A stretch of 63,585 nt of DNA, counting the filler, from Octopus bimaculoides (taxonomy: Eukaryota): the NCBI RefSeq assembly GCF_001194135.2. It is 8 parts of 7 records of this genome, joined end to end, with 100 filler letters (N's around TTAATTAATTAA, not from the genome) between each part and the next. Parts side by side here need not be neighbours in the genome. Positions count along the whole stretch, not along the records: positions 33,283 to 42,005 come from NC_069008.1; positions 42,106 to 45,786 come from NC_068986.1; positions 45,887 to 50,641 come from NC_068986.1; 5 more parts are not named here. One strand, written 5' to 3'. Positions 37,204 to 49,083 of this stretch are shown here, piece after piece (position 1 is the first letter of the stretch; each line of letters opens with the position of its first letter). Below the pieces are notes generated by a model. It had not been told where the DNA came from and ran no database searches. It saw only the letters and a list, made by a program, of their open reading frames with translations. A program made the position numbers and the translations under genes.

Positions 37204-38294
37204 GTAAAAAAAACAACATCCTTTATTTTATTTCTCCTTGTTTCTTTCTGTGTTCCTTTCAGTTGAAGAGCGTAGGCTCGAAACGTTAAAGACTTTCTCT
37301 ATTCCCGAGCGTTAAACTAATACATCCATTTGTTGTTTACACCACCTGTCTTCGTCTGTTGTTGTTTTTTTCGTAAATTCTCCCATAGTGTGTTTGTGTG
37401 AATGCGTGCGTTCATGTTCGTGTATGCATTCACACATACACGAACATGAACGCACGCATTCACACATACATGAACATGAACGCACGCATTCATGCAAACA
37501 CATGAATAAGCACACACACGTTACTATGACAGAGTTGTCTCCCTTACACCACAAATTTTTCTCTTTCCCCTCAGACGAAATCTGACAAACTCCCAGAATA
37601 TATTCCATGTGTTTTACCTGAAACCGTAAGATCGCCATTTTGGCGATCTTACGATTATTTTTCATTTTTAACCTCGTATATCGTACGCCCTAGGGATTTT
37701 GACCATTAAATTTTGGAGAAAAAATGCAGATTTATACTCAAGGATTTACGGTAGACAGGCAGAAAGATAAATAAATAGATAAATAGATAGATAGATAGAT
37801 AGACAAATAGATGGATAGATAGAGGGAGAGAGAGGGACAGACAGTGGGTGGGGACAAACAGATACAAAGACACACACACACACATATGCGCGAGAGCGCT
37901 TTTTTTTTTTTCCCCCAGCAAAATTGTTTTACACGAATTTGTCTTCGTTTTTGACCTCAGGTCAAACCTTTCTAGTTCAGAAGCCATGGACTGACGATGT
38001 GAACGTTCCCAGTCCCCTCCCCAACCCACTCCCGTTCGCCAGCGCGTGCATTTTTTTCTTTTCGTTCCAATTCTTTCCCAGTTTTTTTCCACGAATTTTT
38101 TTATTTCGCTTTTGAGCTCGGGGTCAAACATTTATAGTTTTAAACCCTTTTTATTGCCTTAAAAAGTTGTTTTGGGGATTATATTTTTTAATGTCAAAGT
38201 TGTGCAACAACTGATGCATTCTGTTGTGCAATTTGTTTGCACGGGAAACCTGCCCTTTGTGGCGAATTTACCGATATTATCTAATGTTATTTAC

Positions 38295-38310
38295 GGCTTT
38301 TCTTCGCCAT
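38295..38310 (-). CDS. Possible first coding micro-exon (ATG GCG AAG AAA AGC C|gtaaat)
   Basis: The minus strand reads AAAAATGGCG (YY1-like, good start context) about 65 nt from the X-box, followed by a GT donor. Confidence 0.3.
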
Positions 38311-38374
38311 TTTTGGTCGTTTTTGAGACTCGGCGTCTCGAAGCCATTCGCAGACGATCTCAGAACGAACGCCG

Positions 38375-38388
38375 GTCTCCATAGCAAC
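38375..38388. promoter_or_regulatory. RFX X-box in a CpG-rich patch
   Basis: GTCTCCATAGCAAC matches the GTHNYY-AT-RRNAAC consensus at all positions. Confidence 0.6.
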
Positions 38389-40118
38389 GTCTCTTGGCGA
38401 CGTTCATTTCCTCCCACTCCCTTCACCACGGCTTCACGAAGGAGGGAAGGAGACAGGGGGGATTTATACTCGAGGATTTAGGGTAACTTGATCAATAAAG
38501 CAATTGAGTTAGCAGAATATTGCAATACTTTGGACTCAGCACAACAGAGAGAGAGAGAGAGAGAGAGANNNNNNNNNNNNNNNNNNNNNNNNNNNNNNNN
38601 NNNNNNNNNNNNNNNNNNNNNNNNNNNNNNNNNNNNNNNNNNNNNNNNNNNNNNNNNNNNNNNNNNNNNNNNNNNNNNNNNNNNNNNNNNNNNNNNNNNN
38701 NNNNNNNNNNNNNNNNNNNNNNNNNNNNNNNNNNNNNNNNNNNNNNNNNNNNNNNNNNNNNNNNNNNNNNNNNNNNNNNNNNNNNNNNNNNNNNNNNNNN
38801 NNNNNNNNNNNNNNNNNNNNNNNNNNNNNNNNNNNNNNNNNNNNNNNNNNNNNNNNNNNNNNNNNNNNNNNNNNNNNNNNAAAGCGGACGTTAAACGACG
38901 ATGATGAAACACACAAACACAAGCACACACAAATACACACACACACAAATACACACATACAAACACACACACACACACACACACACTGCCTTTGAATGAC
39001 AAAACTGGCTTCAAAGTGAACAACATGCATGAAATCTAGTCTCATTGTCTCTGATATTGTTAATATTTCCGGATGAGTGAGTAACATCATTTTTCCTTAT
39101 TCAAACGTTTCTCTTTGTGAAAATAAATCCATAACAACAACAACAACAGCAACAACAACAATCAGGTCTTGACTGTCAGACATCGATACTTCATCGATCC
39201 ATTTCAGGCAGACAGTCTGTCGGGATCGTTAGGATGCTGGTCGAAATGCTTAACGACATTTCGTTGTCTTTACTTTCTGAGATGAAATTCTGCTGAGGTC
39301 GACTTTGCCTTTCGTCTTTTCGGGGTCGATAAATTAAGTACCAGTTGTGTACTGGGGGTTGATGCAATCATCTCACCCACACACCCCAAAATTGCTGGTG
39401 GTGGTGATGATGATGATGATGATGGCGATGGAGGTGGTGGTGGTGGTGGTGATGATAATAGTGGTAGTGGTGGTGGTGATGGTGGCAATGGTTGTGTTGA
39501 GGAGAGGGTGGTGGTAGTGGTGTTAATTGCAGTGACGGTGTTGGCGAGAGGGTGGTAGTGATGGTGGTTGTGATGGTGGTAGTGGTGATGATAGCAATGG
39601 CGGTGGTGTTGGTGGTAGCTGTGGTGGGATTGACGGTGTGGCAGAGATGGTGGCATTAGTGATGTGGTGGTGGTGGTGGTGGTGGTGTCATTTTATTTGC
39701 TGAAAGTGAACAATGTCGGGGACAAAACGACTCAGACGAAGCGAGCTAATCAAATTATTGATTAACCAAACCAATCGACTAATCAAGCAATCGATTGGTT
39801 AATTGGCTTAATAACAAACCAATTGACGGATAACACTAATTTTCGCGCAAGGCCAGCGATTTCGAGGGGAGGGGATAAGCCAATATTATCGACCCTGTCC
39901 CCAATACACAACTGGTATTTTATCTTATCGATCTCTAAAAAGACGAAAGGTAAAAATTGTATGACATTTATTCTATCGTTCTCTCTTGCCAAAACCGCCA
40001 AGTTACGGGGACGTAAACAAACCAGCAGAGGTTGCCGACAATGATGTAGGACAAGCACACACACGTATGTATATATGTATACTTTTAGTCATCTGACTGC
40101 AGCCATGCTGGAGCACTG

Positions 40119-40151
<33 letters not shown>

Positions 40152-40161
40152 NNNNNNNNNN

Positions 40162-40197
<36 letters not shown>

Positions 40198-42346
40198 ACA
40201 ATGAGGATATTCAAAGCTCTTATAAAGATGTTTATCCAACATACACTGGTTTAATATATTAAATTTTGAAGAGATAATCTTTCAATGAATACATTATATA
40301 GAATATCGTAAGATATCAGACATTTTTTATTGAGTTAGAAACCAGAGGAATCTAATGGGTACAAATTAATTTATTAATTAATCAACATGTTAACCAATAA
40401 TTGTTTCATTTCTCAAATAAATAAGATAAAAATTGCAAAACCTATATAAAGATATAATTTTGCATTTTAAATCCCTTATAAGGAAAATCGTCAGGGTTTT
40501 CGGAGAACGATAAGGATTACTTTCGGAATATACATAAACATGTTTACTATGCGTGTATGTATATGTATGTATATATATAATAAAATAAATAATATATAAA
40601 TATATGCATATATATACACACATATATGTACATACCTACATATATATGTATACAGGACATCAAAAAAACATTAAACACAATGAGAAACGTAAACATAAAA
40701 ACGAAAATAAGAAAGCGAACGGTGAGTGCTGGTGAGCCAAGACGATAGAAAAATTATTAGGAACGCTAGGACAACCCATGAGAGGAGAAATGAAAGGGTA
40801 CGTCTTTTCTTTATATATATATATATATATATATATATNNNNNNNNNNNNNNNNNNNNNNNNNNNNNNNNNNNNNNNNNNNNNNNNNNNNNNNNNNNNNN
40901 NNNNNNNNNNNNNNNNNNNNNNNNNNNNNNNNNNNNNNNNNNNNNNNNNNNNNNNNNNNNNNNNNNNNNNNNNNNNNNNNNNNNNNNNNNNNNNNNNNNN
41001 NNNNNNNNNNNNNNNNNNNNNNNNNNNNNNNNNNNNNNNNNNNNNNNNNNNNNNNNNNNNNNNNNNNNNNNNNNNNNNNNNNNNNNNNNNNNNNNNNNNN
41101 NNNNNNNNNNNNNNNNNNNNNNNNNNNNNNNNNNNNNNNNNNNNNNNNNNNNNNNNNNNNNNNNNNNNNNNNNNNNNNNNNNNNNNNNNNNNNNNNNNNN
41201 NNNNNNNNNNNNNNNNNNNNNNNNNNNNNNNNNNNNNNNNNNNNNNATATATATATATATACGACGGGTTTACACACATTTTGCATTGACCATATTTAAC
41301 CGCAAGGCATTGGTTAGCCTGGGGCTATAGGAAAAGGCACTTGCTCTAGCCACCTGTAGCGGGACTGAACTCGAAACCACGTGTTTGAAAAGCAGCCTTC
41401 TAAACTACACAGCGTTGCCATTTCTCGTAAAGCTTCATTAAACATATTATTTCAGTGATCAGATATACATGCTTGATAAAACTTGTCTTTACAGTCTTAC
41501 ATCGATCGGCCTGTGTCTCTACTGTGGAACAGAACATAGCAAGATGCAATTATAAACTAATATATTTGTATTTAGTTAATTAATCAGACATTACAGAATT
41601 TGTTTGAACATGAATCAGTCAATTATCGGTGATGGTTAACGAAAATTTCTCGTAAATAATTGATAAACTCTCACATATATTCACTCACATGCGCGTACAC
41701 CCGACTGACACAAATACACACACATATACTTCTGTACACAAATATGTGTGTGTGTGTATGTGTATATATTTATATATATATACACACATCTCATGTTTCT
41801 CTCTCTTTTTCTTTTTTCTTGGTGATTTCTTCTTTGTGATATAATTCTTGGGAAAGAATATATTTGCGGCTGAAGATAGCTTTATACCATCCTGTCTATC
41901 AATTATACACCAATATAATGATGCAACGAACTATAAAGCTTTAAACACGTGTACCGTGGAATCCTTTGTGTTCTGTTTTTATTTTTACGTTTTTAATTTA
42001 TATATNNNNNNNNNNNNNNNNNNNNNNNNNNNNNNNNNNNNNNNNNNNNTTAATTAATTAANNNNNNNNNNNNNNNNNNNNNNNNNNNNNNNNNNNNNNN
42101 NNNNNAACTATGTGTTGTATAATTTAGAGCTGTCCGTTAAGTTAGACGCGAACAATCTCTGTCTCTAGTTCTTATTGGATAATCATTTTCAGTCCATCAT
42201 TTCAAAGCCTTATATAATTTAAATGATAATTATTCATTTATAATTGGCAAATGTGAATTTCTTCATGCGCAATACCCAATTGAGATCAAACTGGTAATCG
42301 ATTTGGGGTGATCCCTTACATTTTACTGATATATATATATATATAT

Positions 42347-42630
42347 TGTTGGCATCCTTTTGTCTCGGGAGACAATGGAGTTGCGCATCTGCCAGTTTTG
42401 CACAGATTAGATGTAAGAAAATCCTGGGTAGCCCAATCGTCAGGATTCCTCTCTCGACCTTGTTGACGTAGTCCAAAGGAATGCAGAGCATTACGTTTGG
42501 CACTAGCTTGGTTGCAGGAGCTGCCGGAAGGGTGTCGAGTCGAACACTAAACCGCCTTCGGGGCTCCACTCAGGATTTCTTTGAAGTTTGTCTCCTTTCC
42601 GTAACCCTGGGTAGGGGCCCCATACCGGGT
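42347..42630 (+). mobile_element. Probable RTE-clade LINE 5' region fragment
   Basis: GC-rich block (gttggcatcc...gagacaatgg...ttggttgcaggagctgccggaagg) resembling RTE 5' UTRs, recognised from memory only. Confidence 0.35.
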
Positions 42631-42636
42631 ACTGTT

Positions 42637-42820
42637 CTTTTATTTGTTTCAGTCGTTTGACTGCGGCCACGCTGGAGTACCGTCTTTAGTCAAACAAATC
42701 GACCCCAGGCCTTTTCTTTGTAAATCTAGTACTTATTCTATCGGCCTCTTTCGCCGAACTGCTAAGTTACGGGGACGCAAACGCACCAACATCAGTTGTC
42801 AAGCGATGTTGGGGGGACAC
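42637..42820 (-). mobile_element. SINE family B, 3' half
   Basis: tttgactgcggccacgctggag...acttattctatcgg...gctaagttacggggacg. Confidence 0.85.
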
Positions 42821-42858
42821 ATATACATACATACATACATACATACATAAATACATAC

Positions 42859-42903
<45 letters not shown>

Positions 42904-43149
42904 NNNNNNNNNNNNNNNNNNNNNNNNNNNNNNNNNNNNNNNNNNNNNNNNNNNNNNNNNNNNNNNNNNNNNNNNNNNNNNNNNNNNNNNNNNNNNNNNN
43001 NNNNNNNNNNNNNNNNNNNNNNNNNNNNNNNNNNNNNNNNNNNNNNNNNNNNNNNNNNNNNNNNNNNNNNNNNNNNNNNNNNNNNNNNNNNNNNNNNNNN
43101 NNNNNNNNNNNNNNNNNNNNNNNNNNNNNNNNNATATATATATATATAA

Positions 43150-43560
43150 GTCTTTAACGTTTCGAGCCTACGTTCTTCCACAGAAAACAACACAGAAAGA
43201 AACAAGGAGAGGAAATAAAGAATGTGTAGTGGCTAGCGTTCTATCATGGCGAATACTGGACAGAAGGGTCACACAGGAGAGCTAGGAAGAAAGGGAGACA
43301 ATAAAGTAGTGATGATCTCAAAACAAAGGTGCGCGTTCGTGTGTATCTTTTCTGTACTGTTTTGCTAAAGTAGCAAGGTGGAGGATCTGCTCTTCCTTGC
43401 GGCTCCTGCCACGATTCATTTGGTATTTCAGATAAAATATCTGTCCAGAAGCCCTTTGAAGACCTCCACTTCTAAACCTCGCAAATCTCTGAGGTTATAT
43501 CGAAAGAATATTTTAAAAAGTCCCAGTAACAAAGACCTTAGACTTGATGGAAGAAAGTTT
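43150..43560 (-). mobile_element. CR1/L2-like LINE 3' end with its 3' UTR
   Basis: Decayed RT C-terminus (LRDLRGLEVEVFK.LLDR, then LSEIPNE in a shifted frame) followed by a pyrimidine-rich UTR with a hammerhead-like motif. Confidence 0.65.
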
Positions 43561-44339
43561 TTGTGAAGCGATGTTTACTGTTTCTAGGTTTTCAAACACA
43601 TAACTATTCAGCCAAAATATACTTTACTTTCCAAGACTGGTGTGTGTGTGTGTGTGTGTGTTTACGCTAATTGGCAGACTTGTGTTTAAACGGCGTGTAT
43701 AAAGAGGTAAACATCTTAACAGTTGGTAATCCCGGTCAGTGTAAACACTCGTCTGCCTCATCAGTCAGCATTATCATCATCCTCACTCTCATCATCATCA
43801 TCATCAACATCATCATCATCAACATCATCATCACCACTGTCGTCATCATCATCATCATCCTCATCATCATCATCCTCATCATCAATATCACCGTCGTCGT
43901 CACCACCACAACCACCACAACCATCATCATCACTATTATCACTACTACCATCGTCATCCCTCTCCTCCTCCTCCTCCTCCTCCTCGTCACCGCCGTCGTC
44001 GTCGTCATCATCATCATCGCCACAACCGCCATCATTATCATCATCATCACCATCATCATGACGTCCCCATCATCACCATCGCCATCAACAACCCTAAAGC
44101 TACCATCATCACCAGCACCATCAGCATCGACAACGGCCTCTACTTAGTCACTTCATCTGCTAGAAATAACAGTGAAATCTTCTACAAATCCTTCTGTACA
44201 ATCTTAAACAGAGAAAGAAACAATTGGTTAATATAGAGTCGGCTAGTAAAACAGCTGGGGAGGGGGGAATGGCATGGTCGGATTAATTTTGATTACAGGT
44301 TTGTTCTATTAGGGCTGACCAAGGGTTTAATACACTTCT

Positions 44340-44503
44340 ATATTTAAGAGATAAGAAATTATTTACATTATTTACATTTGATGGATATTTGTCCTCATCT
44401 TGTTTGTTGTTAACACAACGTTTCTGTTGATGTACCCTCCAGCCTTTATCAGGTGTCTTGGGGAAATTTCGAACCTGGGCTCTCATTCCTAAGGTATTTT
44501 CGA

Positions 44504-44585
<82 letters not shown>

Positions 44586-45786
44586 TCATGTTTCACTTTT
44601 GCTTTGCATTTGTATTAGTTGGCTCCAAGTCTCACCCAGAGACCTCAAGAGACAACAAGTTAGAAGTTCATGTTGGTGTTATGCTTAGGGTGCCATATAT
44701 TTGGTTTTACACAAAGTATTGTTCTAAAGAATGTCTAAGAAAACATAAGAAAATTATGTGTTTGTTTTAAAATTTGAGATCACATGGAAAGTATTTTACG
44801 TAGGATATGGGTAGTTCCCATGAGCACTATCTTTTGAATTTCTGCCATTTTGGTGTTTCCTGGTATCTGAGCTAGGTAGCAATCAGCCCCTTTTGCTATC
44901 ATTCCTAGGGTACCTATGACAATAGGTATTGTTTTAGTCTTCAGGTCCCACATTTTGCTAATTTCTATTTCAAGATCTTTATACTTGCCCAGTTTTTGGT
45001 AGGTCTTGACAGATACGTTTATATCGATTGGGACAGTCATATCAATGAGGAGGCATGATTTTTGTCTGAAGTCTTTCAGTATGTTGTCTGGCCTATTTGC
45101 ATCTATCTTTCTGTCAGTTTGAATGGTAAAGTTCCAGAGGAGTGCGATGTGATCATTTTCAAGTACTGGGGGTGGTTTGTGTTCCCACCAGTTTTTATCA
45201 TGGGGCAGGTCCAGGTTTTTGCAAATTACCCAGTGAATATATTGTGCAGCTCTATCATGTCTGTTGAGATACTCTGTAGGTGCAAGAAGACTGCACATGG
45301 AGACAACATGATCAATGGTTTCATTTTGTTATTGACACACATGACAGGTTGAGCAGCTGCCGTTCTTTAATATGTTGGCCTGGTAGTTCCTTGCAGGTAG
45401 GCATTGATCTTGGGCTGCTATGATAAACCCTTCTGCTTCTGATTTTAAGTCAGAAACCATTATTCATTGGTGGATAGGGGTTTAGTCAACATCGGCATTA
45501 TTCGCTCTCTTTGGATATTTGCCATTGAGAGGTTTTTCTTGCCATTTATCAGTCAGAATATCTAAGGCAGCAGTTTTAGCGCGGGTTTCCATGCGCTTAG
45601 CTTTTTCTAGTACGTCTAATTCTGGAATTTGTTGTATTCGGAATTCACTTAGATGCATTATTATTATTATGATTCAGGTCACTGCCTGGAATCGAACTCG
45701 GAATCTTGGGGTTAGTAGCCCGCGCTGTTAACCACTACGCCACGGGTATATGGCGTAGTGATTAAGAGCGCGGGCTACTAATCCCA
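44340..45786 (-). mobile_element. tRNA-headed SINE family H with a hammerhead-like tail, interrupted by the R4/Dong element
   Basis: Head at 45657-45786 and tail at 44340-44503; the same two halves are contiguous in the copy at 17065-17225. Confidence 0.75.
44585..45656 (-). mobile_element. 5'-truncated R4/Dong-like non-LTR retrotransposon (RT C-terminus, CCHC, RLE endonuclease, 3' UTR)
   Basis: AAQDQ, C-x2-C...ETIDHVVSMC, RHD..AQYIHW, NRPD..IDM and K..KY.DL..EI..MW...IPIVIG.LG motifs; flanked by AAT runs. Confidence 0.9.
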
Positions 45787-45886
45787 NNNNNNNNNNNNNN
45801 NNNNNNNNNNNNNNNNNNNNNNNNNNNNNNTTAATTAATTAANNNNNNNNNNNNNNNNNNNNNNNNNNNNNNNNNNNNNNNNNNNN

Positions 45887-45923
<37 letters not shown>

Positions 45924-46431
45924 GTGTGTGTTTGTGTGCATATTATTGCATGTGTGTAGGCGGCGTTTCAAGATTTTACGTGAAAGTGCATAGTCATAGT
46001 CACACATCATTCATACACGCACGCACTCACGAACGCACACACACACACACACGCATGTGTGTGTGTGTGTGTGTGTGTATTGTATGTGCTCGTGTGTGTG
46101 CATAAGGGTGTATGGTGTGCGCATGCGTGTGAGTATGTAGACACTGTCACACATTTTAATATAGTAGAGATTAATAGTCTCTCTCTTGTCACTAGACATT
46201 GAAAAAAATATCTCATAAAATCTGTCGACATTGGCCCCAATGTTACTCTTCTTTCCAAGTTTATCAGGCGAGAGGGAAAGAGAAGTACGTTTAAATACAT
46301 TGACAGCACAAATCTCTCACGGGGAAGCGAATGTATGTATGTATGTATGTATGTATGCATGTATGCATGTGTGTATGTATGTATGTGTGTGTACATATAT
46401 GTATGCATATAAATATACATACATACATACG

Positions 46432-46463
<32 letters not shown>

Positions 46464-49042
46464 TATATATANNNNNNNNNNNNNNNNNNNNNNNNNNNNN
46501 NNNNNNNNNNNNNNNNNNNNNNNNNNNNNNNNNNNNNNNNNNNNNNNNNNNNNNNNNNNNNNNNNNNNNNNNNNNNNNNNNNNNNNNNNNNNNNNNNNNN
46601 NNNNNNNNNNNNNNNNNNNNNNNNNNNNNNNNNNNNNNNNNNNNNNNNNNNNNNNNNNNNNNNNNNNNNNNNNNNNNNNNNNNNNNNNNNNNNNNNNNNN
46701 NNNNNNNNNNNNNNNNNNNNNNNNNNNNNNNNNNNNNNNNNNNNNNNNNNNNNNNNNNNNNNNNNNNNNNNNNNNNNNNNNNNNNNNNNNNNNNNNNNNN
46801 NNNNNNNNNNNNNNNNNNNNNNNNNNNNNNNNNNNNNNNNNNNNNNNNNNNNNNNNNNNNNNNNATATAACTAAGTTTTCGCCGTATAATGACTACTGAA
46901 AATAGGGGCAAAGAAAATAGTGTAGGATTTACAAAACTTTCAATCATCATCGCTTCTTGACTTACGCAGAACATACATATAAACATACATACATACATAC
47001 ATACATACATACAAACGGATGTGTTATATTATTATTTCACAGCCATACCAACGATCCAACATACCTACATCATCAGCTGCCCCACGGATATCATTAGTTG
47101 AAGTTGAATATCTTGGTTTAATTTTAGCTACTGTATGATCATAATATGAAGAAAGTAATGAAAAAAGAAGAAAGAAGCAAACGATGCAGACGATGCAGTC
47201 AGTAAAATCAGAAAACTGAGCGCATCATTTCTGTGTGTCAAGTCCTTGAAAAGTCTAATTAGATGCGCAGAGATCTTGAAGTTGACAGCTATGGCCATTG
47301 AGCAATTTGCCGATACTTCGACACGAAAATGGGTAAGTGTTGTAAAAATATACCAAATACGCTACATGACAAACAGCGGGCCTTAAACATTTTAATATGC
47401 CGGCACAGAGGGGCAAGGAGATCAAGCCAAGGTGTTTAGATATGATTACCAAAGACAACAACACTACACTACAGAGTCACAACTCAGCCATATAACACAA
47501 TCCACCAAGCACATACTCCACGCTACTTATGCTAAACTTTTTGTAGGTCAACGCTCACCTTTCACTGAATGGTGTTTTACAAACGCCCTTTCCTCCTGTT
47601 TTGCAAAACAAAAACAAAAAAGAAAAAGAAAAGAAACTGTAGGTTATTTTAATCAGAAGCTAAATTTATGCAGTGGTTTATTAGCCATGTTTTCTTATAA
47701 TATCCCACCCATAATGTGCCTGTCAATAGTTATCTGTGGGGATTAGTGCCCCCTCCATGTACATTTCTTAAGGAAATTACAAAGGGCGAGGACTAACTTA
47801 ATGAAATTATATTGAACCTAAGGGTAAGTTTCCACTCCCAGGGAACACGATATCCTACTTACATTTTAAAACCGATAAAGATTTGTTTTTGAAAATATAC
47901 TTGAAATATAAGTATTGTACATATGTTGTTGTATCACAGAGTGGGGGGGGGGGTCATTATGCTAATAATAAACACATGCACTGCTTCTGTTTCACTTCTT
48001 TATTCTTATTAGCCTATTGGTTAACCCTTTAACCAGTTAATTAATTATTTGATTAATCGTTTGGAGGTCAATTAATCAATCAATCAACTAGGTTTGTCAA
48101 AGTCCTTTCATTGCCATTCACGACCGCATTAATATCATGCCCTCTCTACAAAATAGGAATATTTAAGCATATTATCTCTAAGAAAAATTACTACCTCCCC
48201 ATCTAAAATCCATCACCTCCAATAGCGTCCCCTTGGCATGTTCTAACCACTATTAAGCTCACAAGTCAAGAGGGATCTACTGCCCAATTACAAAATAAAA
48301 ACAGAAAAACACTGCTCCATACAGTCACTGTCCAAAAAAATCCCACACCCCTCACTCTATCAGCATGTTGCACAGCTCTCATTCTAGGCAACTGCCATTC
48401 TGGTAATTCAACCACTTAACTCACACCACCTATACGTTACTTACACTAGACAACCGGCACAGGACACTAAAACACGTAACACAGCACAGTGCACGTACAC
48501 TGCACAACAGACAAACGAAACATAAATAAATAAACAACAACACAAATCTCAAAACAATGTAAAACAAACGCACTTCGACCCATAACCCGTGGCTCACCCC
48601 CACGCACTGTTTTATATAGGAACATAGAGGCGCACCTGGCGATATAATAGACGCTCGCATAAAACTGTTGAAAACGTGATGTAATAATAATCATGATAAA
48701 TAAAAGACAAACAAATTTCATAACCTTCACAGCCCAAGCAAAAACAATACAGGCCATTAAAGAAAAGCTGTTTCTCCTGGGAAACTTTTGATTTCTTTCA
48801 CGCCAAGTGGGAGACTTTTAGAGGTTTGTATCGATTAAAAATATTCGAAAATGATGTGAATCCAAATGTTTTGTTTTTCTCATTTCTTTGCGTTTTTGTG
48901 TTATTATTGTTTTTTTAAATAACTTTTTTGTTTTTTCCAGGGTTGATATCTGAATACCTCTTGCGCCTACTTTACTATAACAAGCACATAGATACGTGTC
49001 GAAAATAAGAATACACTAGATTTTGCTCGCATAATGATGTAC

Positions 49043-49083
<41 letters not shown>

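Noticed and set aside
42234-42569. 111-aa minus-strand ORF
   Set aside because: It is antisense to a probable LINE 5' fragment, runs into a TA repeat and shows no domain.
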